From assembly GCA_944331875.1 (NCBI GenBank), contig CALVJA010000011.1:417-64416 (forward strand): DNA of 64,000 bases, written 5' to 3'. Shown here piece after piece: positions 1 through 11,495 of the stretch. Source of the DNA: an uncultured Clostridia bacterium. Lineage in GTDB: Bacteria; Bacillota; Clostridia; Christensenellales; DTU072. Both the position numbers and the translations under genes were made by a program. Each line of letters starts with the position of its first letter. Within the stretch, counting starts at the first letter, position 1. Under the pieces are notes generated by a model that saw only the letters and a list, made by a program, of their open reading frames with translations, made no database searches and was not told the origin of the DNA.

Positions 1-16
1 ATGGAGTTATGGTGTT

Positions 17-3000
17 ATGAAAAAGGGTACAAAGAGCTTCGGAGGCTTTATTGTCGTTACGCTTTCGGCAATATTGATCATTGCCGCCATAGTAGCCGCG
101 GCATTTTATAATGAGGTCGTAATTCCCGAGCCAGAAACTCAAGCACTTGCGGCGGGGGAAGAATATGTACACGGATCGAATATAGGACGTAAGTCGAGCG
201 GGAATGGCGTAACAACCGGTGACCAGCTGGTAAGCGCCATTAACAGCAACTCTAATGTTAATCTTTTGAATAACGTTTCCATTCCATCTAGTAATTTTGG
301 CAGCATAGCGGTATATTCCGGTACAATTTACGGAAACGGTCATAAAATTACAATAAACGTCCCTGACAGTTCCGGAAAAAACGATCGAGGCAGACAGTTT
401 TTCGGCGGACTTATGGGTGAATTAAACGGCGGTGCAATCTATGATTGTACTTTCGATATAGGTTCCGGCGACTATAAAGGCGGCTATAACGACAACACAT
501 TTTTCGGTGCCGTTACAGGGAGTATATACAATGCCACAGTCGAGAACGTAACGATCAATATTTTATCGGGAACCGATTTTCGAATTTATTGTCACAGCAG
601 CGGGCAGCAAGTCGGGATAGGTATGCTTTCCGGATATGCGGGTAACGCCACTATACGAAATGTTACGATTAATAACAACGGCGGTACTTATCGTGCCGGA
701 TATTCAAGCAGTGATTTTAATACGATTTATACGGAAGCCAGCCCGTCCACAGTGGCTAATTTAGTGGGATTCTTTGAGGGTTCTGCAAGCACCGTGGAAA
801 ATATTATTATTAAAGGGGGGTCTACATCAACTACACTAGATGGGCAATATGCAAGCAATTTAGGTTTGTCTGCTTATGCAGCTACAACTATTACCGTTGG
901 GAATTTTTATAATGCATTTCTGGGCACCATTAATGCAATTAATAACGGCGGCTCTGTAACGTTTGCAAAACATATTTCTACATCGTGGGGAAGCACATCA
1001 TATGTAGGCAACGTATCTGTTACGAGATACTTTGAATATCACAATTCTGACAGCGACTGCGTAAATCAATTGTCAAATCATTCCGGACAATATTCAAATA
1101 GACAAATTACGGAGAAACTGAGTGTTCAGACTTCAGGAAACGATAACGTCGTGAACCGGCAAATACTATTTAACCCAAGGACTACAGATTATGCCAATTC
1201 GCTGGTGCTTATTTATACAAACAGAGAGTTATCAAACGCAATCGTAGGAAAGCAATGGACCGTAACAGCAGACAGCGGCAGAATTTTTAACGGCACAGAG
1301 GACGGTGACGGGATCGTTTTTGCAAATTTGCCTGTCGCCGACATATGGAATGACGATAATTGGGGAGACGGCAACGGATATTTCAATGCCACCCTATCTT
1401 ATACCGAAACGATACAAGGGTCATATCCCGCATTGAACGACTATGAGCACGGATACGTAGATGACGGCTATGCCGACAGTATATCGGGCACCGCATTAAA
1501 CAGTTCTAACTTTTACAACACGCTTATCGATAAAGATTCAAACAGACCCAGCGGCACATATAAACTGACAGAGGACATCGTTATCGAGGGCTTTACGGGA
1601 AAAGAATGGAACGAGGTCACTTTGGACGGCTGCGGTCATACGATTTACATTACATCGACTCAAACCGGTCTCGGCGGCAGTAATATCGGCGGTATAGTCG
1701 GGAAAATGACCCGCGGGACGATAAAGAATCTTAGAATAGTCCTTGCTGAAGACGTCACTGTCGCGACTACCGGAAGCAAAGAATCCAATGACGTCGTGGC
1801 GATCGGCATAGGAGCGGTTGCAGGGCAGCTGACAGGGGGAGCCACTATACAAAACGTGAATGTTGTGATTCCGGAAGGGGTCAGATTTTCAAATTCATGG
1901 AGCACCGGCGGAAGCGACCGCGCTTTAGGCGGTATAGCAGGTGAAATAGTCGGAAGCGGTCACATTATCGGCTGTACCGTTCAACTTGACGGGCAGATGA
2001 TAGCAGAAAGCGGCTGGCCTTTTGCCGCAGGATTGGCAGGAATAACAGAGGATATTTCGGGGGATATTTCGGGCGCTCCATCCGTCACCTTTGAAAATAA
2101 TATCCTGAAAGGCAGCGGACAGCTTGGCGGAATTGCCAACAATACGGACCAGCCTACTTTTTGCGCAGCAATAACCACGACACAACCGGGATCGTCCAAT
2201 GCTTTTACGGTAGACGGATTCATATATAATTTAACAAATACCTCGCCTACGGTCGGCTCCTTAAACGGTAATGATCAGTTGACGAACGACCTTGTATCAA
2301 GTTTCGGATATGTTTGTCAGAACAATGACACAGAAGGAACGGGCACCTCTGCCGGTTTGGATCCGTCAGGCGTGGTAAACGATTTTAATATATTTGACTA
2401 TGGCGCTTCCATGTCCGAGGACTTGGTCTATTATGATGAGGGCGACGGTAACGTATATTATAACATCCCCACGACCGCTGCAATATCCGGGAGCGTTGAG
2501 AACCTTGACAGAAGCACGGTCACCCCGTATTTCAGACCTAGTAGCACAACAGAATACAATGCAGCAAACATCACTTTAGTTGCGTCGGCGTCGGACTGGA
2601 GCGGATTCGAATTGCTGAAAGCCGACGGCGCATCTACCGCGCTCTCCGTAGACTCCGGAAGCGATAAGGTCATCGACGTGGCAAAAAACAATGCGGCGTC
2701 GGAAGGGGCTATCACCGTCATTAAATTCGAGACCGTAGAATTCGGTACCGACGGTGCGCTCAATTCTCTTACGTATACCGGCGAAGGGCAGGACGCTACC
2801 GCAAACCTTGTTTATCAAGGAAGCACTTATGGCGGAACTTACTCTCTCTCGTACACTGCAAACGGGGGCGGCGCTTCGCTCAGTGACGGAAAACCGTTGA
2901 CTGCGGGTAATTACCTCGTTACAATAACATTGACGGGAAACGAATTTTTCTATTATAACGGCGCCGCGTCGAAAACTTATACGGGGCTCGGTCTGAGGAT

Positions 3001-6000
3001 GGACAAGGCGCTGGTCCCGTTCGGAGTAAGTCTCGGGAACGATTCATTGACTTATACGGCGTCCGAACTGACAGGCGATCCGTCGGTAATTGCCACCAGC
3101 GGCGGAGACAAATACGATCATTTGCTCGACGATCTCGGTACGGTGACGTTTACCTACACGCCGAGCGGAGAAAGCAGTCCGCTTTCGGGGGACCCGACAA
3201 ATGCAGGAACTTATACGGTAAGTTTTACTTATACGAATACCGCAAACGTCGGATTAAGTAATACAATCAGAACCGCCACATTGACGATAAACCCGAAGAC
3301 TGTCGAGCTAGCCGCCAATAGTGTTGAAAAAACGTTTGCAAGCGATACCGGTGCGATAACTTCGGCGAACGTAAACGCGAACGATACATACGGCTTGACT
3401 ATAAACGGATTTATCGATAGCGATACGAACGCCGCATATACGGTTTCGCTCGCAAGCCCCGTTTATATTGAGGAAAACGGCACTTCAACCGAGTACCTTG
3501 CGGCAGACGAATACACTCTGACCGTCACTCTTTCGAGCTCGAACTATACTTTCGGGACTACGAGCGGCGAAAATACCGACACGGTCACCGTAAACGTTGC
3601 GCAAGGCTCAAACTCCGTTTCCACGGAATATGCGCGCGATAATTGGGTCTATTATAACACACCTTCCGCACAAAACTTCCAAATGCGCTTCGGAACGCCT
3701 ACGTTCAGCTATAGAAATACAACGACAGAACAGGTGTTTGATTCGATGACTTCGACTTCGCCTGTTGGCACATACAGTGTCACGGTGACGGTCGCGGAGA
3801 CGACAAGCTACAGCGCTTTCGAGCAAACGTTCAGCGGCGCGTTCCAGATAACCGCGCTCCCCGTGAGTATTACTCTCACCGCTCAAGACGCGGTCTATTC
3901 GGCGAAACAATATGCGGAAAGCAATATCACGGTATCGCTGGGCGGTAGTTACACGGCAACCGACGTCGCGGCGATATTAGGGGAGATAACCTATAAGCAC
4001 AGACTTGCTTCCGCCACGGAAGCCGAATACATACAGGGTCTTCCGACAGATGCGGGCGAATATGTGATTGGTATACATGAGCTCGGAAACATGACGGCAG
4101 GGAACGTCGGCGTGTCCGACTTGGACGCGATCACCGCCGGTCTGGTTATCAATAAAAAGACGGTCGCGTTCGATGCCGCAACGCCGGGCGGCACAAATCT
4201 GGGTTATGGCTCGGCTGCCGACCCGATGGATGTCGTCAATGTTTCGGCAGTTATCCCAGAGGGCTTTGAAAGCGATTTCACAGCGGACGACTGGTCGTGG
4301 AATGCAGTATTCGAAGAGGGATACGGAGCTTCGACGGCAGTAGGCACCTCGGTGACTTTGACCGTAAGTGTTACGATAACGGACGATAACTATACCGCGC
4401 AATTGGATCAAAGCGAATTCGAGTTTACCGTCGTGCAGGCAACTTTGACTTTAAGGGTAGAGGGCTTCGGTACGCTCGAAAACGGAGCCTCGGGATGGAT
4501 ATATGACGGTACGGCTCATGAGCTTACCGTATCGGTACCCGATGACCTCGTAGCGGAAGTAGTTTTGACTTACTATACCGTGAGCGACGGTTCATATACG
4601 GCGATCGAAGGCAACATAGCCCCGACAGATGCCGGAAACTATGCGGTCACAGCTTCGATATCGGGCGATAAAAACTATGCGGACGTGACTTCGAAGTATT
4701 TCGAATACACAATTCAGAAAGCGCAAATGGTAATAGAAGTCACGATGAACGGCTGGATTTACAACGGAAACGCGGGTACAGCCGCGGTGGTATCCGGTCA
4801 GCGGGAAAACGCGGTAACAGCCGTAAAGTATATCGGAACGCCGAACGGCGGGACGACCGATGAGTACAACTCACCGGATGTCCCGACAAATGCCGGCTCT
4901 TATAGAGTGGTGGTATCCGTTGAAGATACCGCGAATTACTTCGGAGTTTCCGAAACCGTCGTGCCGTTCACCGTTGAAAGGGCAGCCTTGAGCGATCTCA
5001 GCGTGTCGGTCGAGGGCTGGACCTATGACGCGACAGATCACTATTTAAGCAGTATACCTGTAGCTATAGAGAATAACAACGGTAACGGTAATGTTAGCTA
5101 TGCTTGGTACAGTGTGAGCGGCGAACAGCAGGTAGGGTTGGATACCGACTATATCCGCAATGCGGGAGAGTACCGCGTTACGGCAACGGTAGCGCAAACA
5201 AACAACTACCTCGAAGGAACGGCAAGCCATGACTTCACTGTTGCCAAACACGAAGTCACGGTAAAGACCGCCCCTTATGAATTTGCATACGGAGTGTTGA
5301 CGACTACAAACGCAAACAATGCCACGAATTTTCCCGGCGCCGTTACGGGATTCCTTGGCGGAGAGGCGGACAGCAGCTTTGAATTGAGTTTGGGATATTC
5401 CGGTCAAGTGACAGACGGCTATGTCAATGCCAGGGAATATGATCTTACAGTGACGCTTATCAACACAAATTATACATTCAAGACTGCAGACGGCACATTA
5501 AGCGGCACGGCGACAATTCCTGTAGTAGTCAATAAGACTGATAACAGTACTACGAGTGACTATAGCAGATCGGGCTGGACATACTATAACTCGCCTTCCG
5601 TCGATGAAATTTTGCCGAAATTCCGCTTCGGCTCCGAAGCGGCAATAGAAGTCAAATATTATACCGATCCCGAACGTCAAAACGAATATACGGATGGATT
5701 CACTTATGTGACGGCGGCAGAAACGTACTATGTCGCCGTGACAATGCCCGGTACGGATAACTACAACGAGTTGACAGTATACGGGCAATTTACTGTAGCG
5801 CAGCGCGAAGTTACTATTACAGTAGCCGATATAAGCAATAATACATACTATTACGGCGATATGATAGAGCCGAGCGCTACGATACCTGCCAGCGGTTTCG
5901 GAACCGATTATATCGGTACGGTAAGTTGGACGTATAAGGAAGCCGATTCCCAAGAGGATGTCTGGACGGCATTGCCCGATGACGGTATTTTCGATGTCGG

Positions 6001-9000
6001 TACCTATACGATCAGGTTCAATTACACCAATACCGCCAACGTGGCGTTGGATGCTGAAAGCGTTATTGAGACTACCGTCACTATAAACCGTCGCGCGGTC
6101 GAATTCACCGTGTCGCTTGAAGAGGGCGCCAAGATAGTCTACGGCATGACTTTGGAAGAGGTAAGGGCTTTGGTACTGATCTCTACCGACACCGAGCTTG
6201 AGTACGGCTCCGAGATCGGGGTCATGGCAGGGGGTACGGCATATTCCGAAACGGTGAACGCCGGTACTTTGGTGACCGTAACCGTGGAAATAACCGTGAC
6301 GAATACCAACTATACCGCGACGGTGAGCGGCGAAACGAAATATGAGCTTACTGTTGCAAAGAGGGCGGTCACGATCGCAGTCGATGAAACGGCGACAATG
6401 CTCCATGCGAATTATAATCAATTCGATCCGACTCCGTTCTACGGGCATATCCGGATAGAAGGACTGCTAAACGGCGACGTAAAGGAGAATGTATTCAATA
6501 TCGCGCTGCCCGTGGTAAGCGACACTCCGACGACGGACGCGTATGAAGTCAATGTCAGCCTCAATACGGACTTTGCGGGATACGCTAATTACGAATTCGG
6601 AGAGACGACGAAATGGGTCATATCGCTCACCTTGTCTGCAAGAGAATTTACCTTCACCGTCCAAATGAAGGAATCGTTCGTGTACGGCAAGGAGATTGAC
6701 GGCATGAAACTAACTATCGTACAACCGGAGGGCGAAGAGGAGATACCGAGCTCTGTATTGCATCAACCGATGACATTCAGGTACATCGGCGTTGACGGAA
6801 CCGAATATGATTCCAATATCGCGCCCGTAAACGTCGGCAGTTATACTTTGACGGTCACCATTACCGGTACAGCAGACTACCATTCCGAGCCCGCAACTTC
6901 GAAGGTGTTCGAAATTACTCCGGCGCCGCTCACCATGACGATTGACGCCGCCGCAGGCGGGCTGTCCACGACCTACGATCCGAATACCGAGATAACCGAC
7001 TTCATGGCGGCGTTCGCGGAATATTTCACGGTCGCTTTCCCCGCGGACGGCGCATACACCGACGAATTCGGCGATATATTCTCGCTGTCCGCGACCAAGG
7101 ACAATGATGGTGCGGTCGAGAGCATCAAAAATGCCGGCGCGTATACGCTTACTCCGACGCTCATAAACAAAAACTACTCGATAAAGGATATCCCGTCGCT
7201 TACACATACCGTGAACAAAGCGAATATGTCGGTCACGGTGAGCGTCGAGAGTTGGGCGTACGGCGAATATTCCTCGGAACTTAACGCGCCCGTGATAAGC
7301 GGTATCATGGAAGACGCCGATTTGCTCGAGGGATATTCCGAAGTGTATATGCTGAAACCGGACGAAAGCGACATACCTAGCGGTGAGCCCATTGTTGATA
7401 TTGCAAATGCAAACGTCGGCACATATATCTTAATAGTAACCGTGCCCGCGACCGACAACTATATCGGAATGACGGCAGAAGCGACATTCTATATTACGAA
7501 GACCACGTTCGAATCCGCGGTGACTATCACGGGCTGGACGTACGGCGAATATGACGCGGAATTGAACGCGCCTTCGGTCCACGAAGACGGAAACCCCGGC
7601 AACGCCGATGTCAGATATACATATACCGGCAGGAACGGCACCGAGTACGACGAGTCCGAGGAAGTGCCCCAAAACGCGGGATATTACACGGTGACGGCGT
7701 ATATCGATGGAAGCGTCAACTATGAGGCTCTCGAGGTCAGTTGCAATTTCGCGATAGATAAAGCCTCTGTCTCCCCCGCAATCGACGCGGAGCTGAGCAA
7801 GACGTATGACGGCGATGCGGTCGCGTTCACGCTGACGGAGGGCTCCAACCCCGGTATGGGAGAGGTGACCTACGTTATCGAAAGGGAGATATCCGGCGAA
7901 TACGTAACGGTAACGGAAGCAAGATACTCCGGTAATTACAGGGTGCGGGCAACCGTTTCCGAGACGGCGAACCATAGCGGCGCCACTACCGAACCCGTCA
8001 CGTTCGCGATAGGGCAAAAAGCGGTGACTGCGAGCTGGTCTGTAGCGAATGCCGCGCTGGTATACGGCGACAGTTACGATGAGGCGCTCGCGCTTATCCT
8101 CATCGACAGAAAGTCAGTCCTCGCGCAATTTGCGGCGGGCGACGGGGAGTATGTCGAATTCATACTCGACGCTCTTGCCGCGGACGGCTCCGATTATTCC
8201 GAACGCGTGAACGCCGGCACTGCGGTGACTTTCGGATTAAGCATAGCGTTTGCCGAGGGCACGGCGCAGGACATCGTCGGGAGCTACGATATAAGCGTAA
8301 GCGTTGAGGGCGCGGGATCCAAGACGGTCGCCCCGCGCAGCATAGAGATTACCGCAACGGATACGAGCGATATATACGGCTCGAGTTTCACCGCGGACGG
8401 CTCCTTAGCGGAGTACTTCGCGGAGAACTTTACCTACAACGGCACGTCGGTAAACGCCATAGCGGACGAATACACGACCGTGGCATTTGCCGTCAATGGG
8501 ACGAGCGGCGCAGCGATACCGAATGCGGGTACATATACGGTCACCGTCACGGTCGGCGGTAACTATACCGGAGCGGCAAGCGCCGCGTATACGATAGAGC
8601 AAAAGACTCTCACCGTCGCCGCGGGCTACGAGTTGCCTTTCGGGGTATTAAGCGCCGAGAACATCGCAGAATACGGCTACGAAGCGCTGCTCGGCGGTTT
8701 CGTCGGCGATGAGAGCGTGGATTACACGGTACGCGCAGACGACGAGTTGGGTGACGAAGACAGTTCGTTCGGGTTCCTGAATGTAAACGAATATGTATTG
8801 ATGGTCGAAATTGCCGAGAATACGAATTATAAGTTCGAAACGGGATATACCGCTAAGTTCACTGTCAATATAGAAAAGACGGATAACGCGTGGATCGTCG
8901 AATACGCTCGCGGCGACTGGACTTACCTTTCCGAGCCCGCCGCGGTAACCTCGCCGGAAGCGAGATTTGCCGAAAGCGATATCGACGTCAGGTATTATGC

Positions 9001-10111
9001 CGACTCCGGATATACCGTCGAAATGGCGCCCGAGGCGTTTACCGCCGCCACTCCCGCGGGTACGTATTATGTGACGGTTTCAGTACCGGGAAGCGATAAC
9101 TTCAACGCGCTGAGGGCGGAATATTCCTTCGAGATCTACCGTCTGAGAGCGGAGATGGAAGTTTCGACGCCGGAAGCGGTCTATGACGGCGAACCGTACG
9201 ACGGGCTGACTTACACCGTGTCCGGCGCTGCCGCGGACGTTGTCGGCGAGATAGGCTGGATGTACATCGGCGAGGGCATGAGTGACTATGTTTCGGGTCT
9301 TCCCGTCGACGCCGGCAGCTATGCCGTACGCATCGCTTCGGTTGAGAACCTGAGCATCGATATCATCAATATCACCGAGACCTTCGCGCTCGTCATCGAT
9401 CCCGCGACCGTCAACTTCACGGTAAGGATAGCCTCCGGCATGTCGGTGACGTACGGCGACGAGATCACAAACGCCGCGGCGTTCGTAAACACTCCCGTGC
9501 CCGATATCGATGTGGGCGAGTTCACCTATACCGTCACCGCCTATAATTCGCGCGGCGCGCTTTACACCTCCGGGCTTCAGGCGGGCGAGCAGGTCAGCTT
9601 CGCGGTCGAAGTCACCATCGAGGACACCAATTATGTCGCCAACGTTCGCAGCACACCCTCGCTCACGGTCAGAAGGCTCGCTCTCGAGCCCGAGATAGTC
9701 GTGGGTGACGAGACCGTAACGCACGGCGACGAGATAAGCGTGTCGAACGGCAGCGAATTCCTTGTGATCGACGCGATCACCAGGTATATGGCGGATAACG
9801 GGGTCAGATACTACGAGTACGCTATCTATGTCAACGGAGCGCGTTATACCACCGATTACGCGTTCACGCCCGGCGAATACGAGATATCGGTCGCTATCGA
9901 CGGCAATTTCTCCGGCGAGCTGCGTCTTACGGTAAACGTCGATGGGAACCCCGAATTAAGCGTTGCCTCCGCCGAGCCGGAGACCGCTATCGGCAGGTTC
10001 CTCGATTCCATAAACCTCTCCGTAGCGGGCGCGGTCGCCATATTGCTGGGATTTATGGTATCCCTCGTCGTGTGTCTGCTTATCGGGCTCAGAAAGAGGG
10101 GAAGCGAGTGA
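17..10111 (+). CDS. Giant cell-surface adhesin: N-terminal signal/TM, two GLUG/ZmpA-like passenger regions, many MBG/Ig-like repeats, C-terminal TM anchor
   Basis: 3364-aa ORF. Hydrophobic N-terminus; (I/L)xGxGHxI and GGIVG/GGIAG motifs in the first ~900 aa; recurring P(T/V)(N/D)AGxYxV MBG-type motifs; C-terminal hydrophobic helix followed by RKR. Confidence 0.8.
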   Translation: MKKGTKSFGGFIVVTLSAILIIAAIVAAAFYNEVVIPEPETQALAAGEEYVHGSNIGRKSSGNGVTTGDQLVSAINSNSNVNLLNNVSIPSSNFGSIAVYSGTIYGNGHKITINVPDSSGKNDRGRQFFGGLMGELNGGAIYDCTFDIGSGDYKGGYNDNTFFGAVTGSIYNATVENVTINILSGTDFRIYCHSSGQQVGIGMLSGYAGNATIRNVTINNNGGTYRAGYSSSDFNTIYTEASPSTVANLVGFFEGSASTVENIIIKGGSTSTTLDGQYASNLGLSAYAATTITVGNFYNAFLGTINAINNGGSVTFAKHISTSWGSTSYVGNVSVTRYFEYHNSDSDCVNQLSNHSGQYSNRQITEKLSVQTSGNDNVVNRQILFNPRTTDYANSLVLIYTNRELSNAIVGKQWTVTADSGRIFNGTEDGDGIVFANLPVADIWNDDNWGDGNGYFNATLSYTETIQGSYPALNDYEHGYVDDGYADSISGTALNSSNFYNTLIDKDSNRPSGTYKLTEDIVIEGFTGKEWNEVTLDGCGHTIYITSTQTGLGGSNIGGIVGKMTRGTIKNLRIVLAEDVTVATTGSKESNDVVAIGIGAVAGQLTGGATIQNVNVVIPEGVRFSNSWSTGGSDRALGGIAGEIVGSGHIIGCTVQLDGQMIAESGWPFAAGLAGITEDISGDISGAPSVTFENNILKGSGQLGGIANNTDQPTFCAAITTTQPGSSNAFTVDGFIYNLTNTSPTVGSLNGNDQLTNDLVSSFGYVCQNNDTEGTGTSAGLDPSGVVNDFNIFDYGASMSEDLVYYDEGDGNVYYNIPTTAAISGSVENLDRSTVTPYFRPSSTTEYNAANITLVASASDWSGFELLKADGASTALSVDSGSDKVIDVAKNNAASEGAITVIKFETVEFGTDGALNSLTYTGEGQDATANLVYQGSTYGGTYSLSYTANGGGASLSDGKPLTAGNYLVTITLTGNEFFYYNGAASKTYTGLGLRMDKALVPFGVSLGNDSLTYTASELTGDPSVIATSGGDKYDHLLDDLGTVTFTYTPSGESSPLSGDPTNAGTYTVSFTYTNTANVGLSNTIRTATLTINPKTVELAANSVEKTFASDTGAITSANVNANDTYGLTINGFIDSDTNAAYTVSLASPVYIEENGTSTEYLAADEYTLTVTLSSSNYTFGTTSGENTDTVTVNVAQGSNSVSTEYARDNWVYYNTPSAQNFQMRFGTPTFSYRNTTTEQVFDSMTSTSPVGTYSVTVTVAETTSYSAFEQTFSGAFQITALPVSITLTAQDAVYSAKQYAESNITVSLGGSYTATDVAAILGEITYKHRLASATEAEYIQGLPTDAGEYVIGIHELGNMTAGNVGVSDLDAITAGLVINKKTVAFDAATPGGTNLGYGSAADPMDVVNVSAVIPEGFESDFTADDWSWNAVFEEGYGASTAVGTSVTLTVSVTITDDNYTAQLDQSEFEFTVVQATLTLRVEGFGTLENGASGWIYDGTAHELTVSVPDDLVAEVVLTYYTVSDGSYTAIEGNIAPTDAGNYAVTASISGDKNYADVTSKYFEYTIQKAQMVIEVTMNGWIYNGNAGTAAVVSGQRENAVTAVKYIGTPNGGTTDEYNSPDVPTNAGSYRVVVSVEDTANYFGVSETVVPFTVERAALSDLSVSVEGWTYDATDHYLSSIPVAIENNNGNGNVSYAWYSVSGEQQVGLDTDYIRNAGEYRVTATVAQTNNYLEGTASHDFTVAKHEVTVKTAPYEFAYGVLTTTNANNATNFPGAVTGFLGGEADSSFELSLGYSGQVTDGYVNAREYDLTVTLINTNYTFKTADGTLSGTATIPVVVNKTDNSTTSDYSRSGWTYYNSPSVDEILPKFRFGSEAAIEVKYYTDPERQNEYTDGFTYVTAAETYYVAVTMPGTDNYNELTVYGQFTVAQREVTITVADISNNTYYYGDMIEPSATIPASGFGTDYIGTVSWTYKEADSQEDVWTALPDDGIFDVGTYTIRFNYTNTANVALDAESVIETTVTINRRAVEFTVSLEEGAKIVYGMTLEEVRALVLISTDTELEYGSEIGVMAGGTAYSETVNAGTLVTVTVEITVTNTNYTATVSGETKYELTVAKRAVTIAVDETATMLHANYNQFDPTPFYGHIRIEGLLNGDVKENVFNIALPVVSDTPTTDAYEVNVSLNTDFAGYANYEFGETTKWVISLTLSAREFTFTVQMKESFVYGKEIDGMKLTIVQPEGEEEIPSSVLHQPMTFRYIGVDGTEYDSNIAPVNVGSYTLTVTITGTADYHSEPATSKVFEITPAPLTMTIDAAAGGLSTTYDPNTEITDFMAAFAEYFTVAFPADGAYTDEFGDIFSLSATKDNDGAVESIKNAGAYTLTPTLINKNYSIKDIPSLTHTVNKANMSVTVSVESWAYGEYSSELNAPVISGIMEDADLLEGYSEVYMLKPDESDIPSGEPIVDIANANVGTYILIVTVPATDNYIGMTAEATFYITKTTFESAVTITGWTYGEYDAELNAPSVHEDGNPGNADVRYTYTGRNGTEYDESEEVPQNAGYYTVTAYIDGSVNYEALEVSCNFAIDKASVSPAIDAELSKTYDGDAVAFTLTEGSNPGMGEVTYVIEREISGEYVTVTEARYSGNYRVRATVSETANHSGATTEPVTFAIGQKAVTASWSVANAALVYGDSYDEALALILIDRKSVLAQFAAGDGEYVEFILDALAADGSDYSERVNAGTAVTFGLSIAFAEGTAQDIVGSYDISVSVEGAGSKTVAPRSIEITATDTSDIYGSSFTADGSLAEYFAENFTYNGTSVNAIADEYTTVAFAVNGTSGAAIPNAGTYTVTVTVGGNYTGAASAAYTIEQKTLTVAAGYELPFGVLSAENIAEYGYEALLGGFVGDESVDYTVRADDELGDEDSSFGFLNVNEYVLMVEIAENTNYKFETGYTAKFTVNIEKTDNAWIVEYARGDWTYLSEPAAVTSPEARFAESDIDVRYYADSGYTVEMAPEAFTAATPAGTYYVTVSVPGSDNFNALRAEYSFEIYRLRAEMEVSTPEAVYDGEPYDGLTYTVSGAAADVVGEIGWMYIGEGMSDYVSGLPVDAGSYAVRIASVENLSIDIINITETFALVIDPATVNFTVRIASGMSVTYGDEITNAAAFVNTPVPDIDVGEFTYTVTAYNSRGALYTSGLQAGEQVSFAVEVTIEDTNYVANVRSTPSLTVRRLALEPEIVVGDETVTHGDEISVSNGSEFLVIDAITRYMADNGVRYYEYAIYVNGARYTTDYAFTPGEYEISVAIDGNFSGELRLTVNVDGNPELSVASAEPETAIGRFLDSINLSVAGAVAILLGFMVSLVVCLLIGLRKRGSE

Positions 10112-10154
10112 TCCCGCGATCGTAAATAACCGCTTTATCCAACAATAAAAACGA

Positions 10155-10180
10155 AAAAGCCCCGAGAATTCGGGGCTTTT
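10155..10180. terminator. Bidirectional intrinsic terminator
   Basis: AAAAGCCCCGA-gaat-TCGGGGCTTTT between two convergent genes. Confidence 0.85.
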
Positions 10181-10198
10181 CGATACGGTTTCGTTATG

Positions 10199-10729
10199 TC
10201 AGTTTTCCAATAAAATATCGTGTATGGCGCGGTACATGTCCGGCGCGGTCTCTCCCCAGGAGTTTCTGATGCTCACCGCAAGCGCTCTGGAATCGACGAT
10301 GAGTTTCAGTTCCATCAAAACTCTTTTCAGATCCTGTATCTTCAATACCACCGTGAAAGTGCCGTCCGAGTTGCGGAAAAAATCGGATACGAATTCCTGC
10401 TTTTTGCGGTACTCCAGCCTGTTGTTCTTGACGAATGCGGTTATCTCCTCGCGAAGCGACAGCGGCAGCTCGTTATAAAAATAGGCTATACAGCTCCTGC
10501 CGTCCGAGGTGATCCTGAGAAGCGAAACGTTGTTCCCGGGAAGCGTGGTGCGATTGACAAACCCCGATTTTATAAGCTCGTTCAATACTTGCTTGCAATA
10601 TAGATACCTCAGCCAATTATTCTCCGTACAGCAAATCGACAGGAGCGTATCCTCGGTAAGCGGCATTTCGAATTTTTCCATTACGAAAAGCACAACAAGC
10701 TTATTGTTTGTCGTTTGGTCGTCAGTCAT
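10199..10729 (-). CDS. DUF4364 family protein (winged-helix, common in spore-forming Clostridia)
   Basis: NKLVVLFVMEKFEMPLT...WLRY...L.ELIKSGF...ITSDG...ELKL pattern. Start placed at 10729 (RBS GAGGA); the ORF extends to 10750. Confidence 0.75.
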   Translation of the reverse strand: MTDDQTTNNKLVVLFVMEKFEMPLTEDTLLSICCTENNWLRYLYCKQVLNELIKSGFVNRTTLPGNNVSLLRITSDGRSCIAYFYNELPLSLREEITAFVKNNRLEYRKKQEFVSDFFRNSDGTFTVVLKIQDLKRVLMELKLIVDSRALAVSIRNSWGETAPDMYRAIHDILLEN

Positions 10730-10879
10730 GTTTTCCTCTTTTGATGCCATTAAATTATATCACACATTCCGCGACTTGTACCCGCCCCGAAAAAATTTAT
10801 CCGCTTCTTTTACCTCTCGGCATTACCTATTTATACAATATATTGTGGTTTGGATCGTTTTGCATCACTATGTTATTTT

Positions 10880-11440
10880 GTGTAGGCTCAGCGGAAATTT
10901 TAACGCTTTGCGGCGTATCTTTTCCGCTACTGCTTTGAAAACTTCCTAATTCCTTTAATGCTAGGTTGAATTTCTTTCGACGAGCCACCGCGCAAGCGCG
11001 GTGGAATTAACGTTTAACAACTATATTTCTTAATTACCGTATCTTTTCGGTCCTTTTCCGCAAAAAAATATCGGCATACGTCGTATGCCGATATTTTGTT
11101 CACGCAAAATCACCCGAAAATCTACGGTTGTAGTGGTGTTATAAGCTTTTGTGATTATTCTTTGAAGCCATGAACAGCAGTTTGCTCATACAAGTGTTTT
11201 CCCTTACACAGGTGTTCGGCACCGATTTGCTGTGTATTTCGGAGCTATTTTTTTCGAAACAAGGACAGCGCGTATAGCATACGCGCCGACGCTGCCCTCG
11301 TTTGGTCTCCAAAGCGGGGGTCGCAGATTTCGGGAAAAAGAGCCCGAAAGACGCGGTAAAGCGGTGGTATTGATCGATTGCCGAAAATCAATATATATCC
11401 TTATGAAAGAAAAGCCCGTTTAAAGAACGGACTTCTCGCT
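10880..11440 (-). repeat. Mosaic intergenic palindromic repeat block
   Basis: 10880-10947 is the reverse complement of ~14928-14997; 10948-11004 of ~17424-17480; 11030-11207 of ~30180-30360; 11261-11330 is a near-identical direct copy of 17631-17701. Confidence 0.85.
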
Positions 11441-11495
11441 TCAGAATTCGGATTTCATTATATTGACCGCCTGCCTCATTTCATTCGGCAATCGA

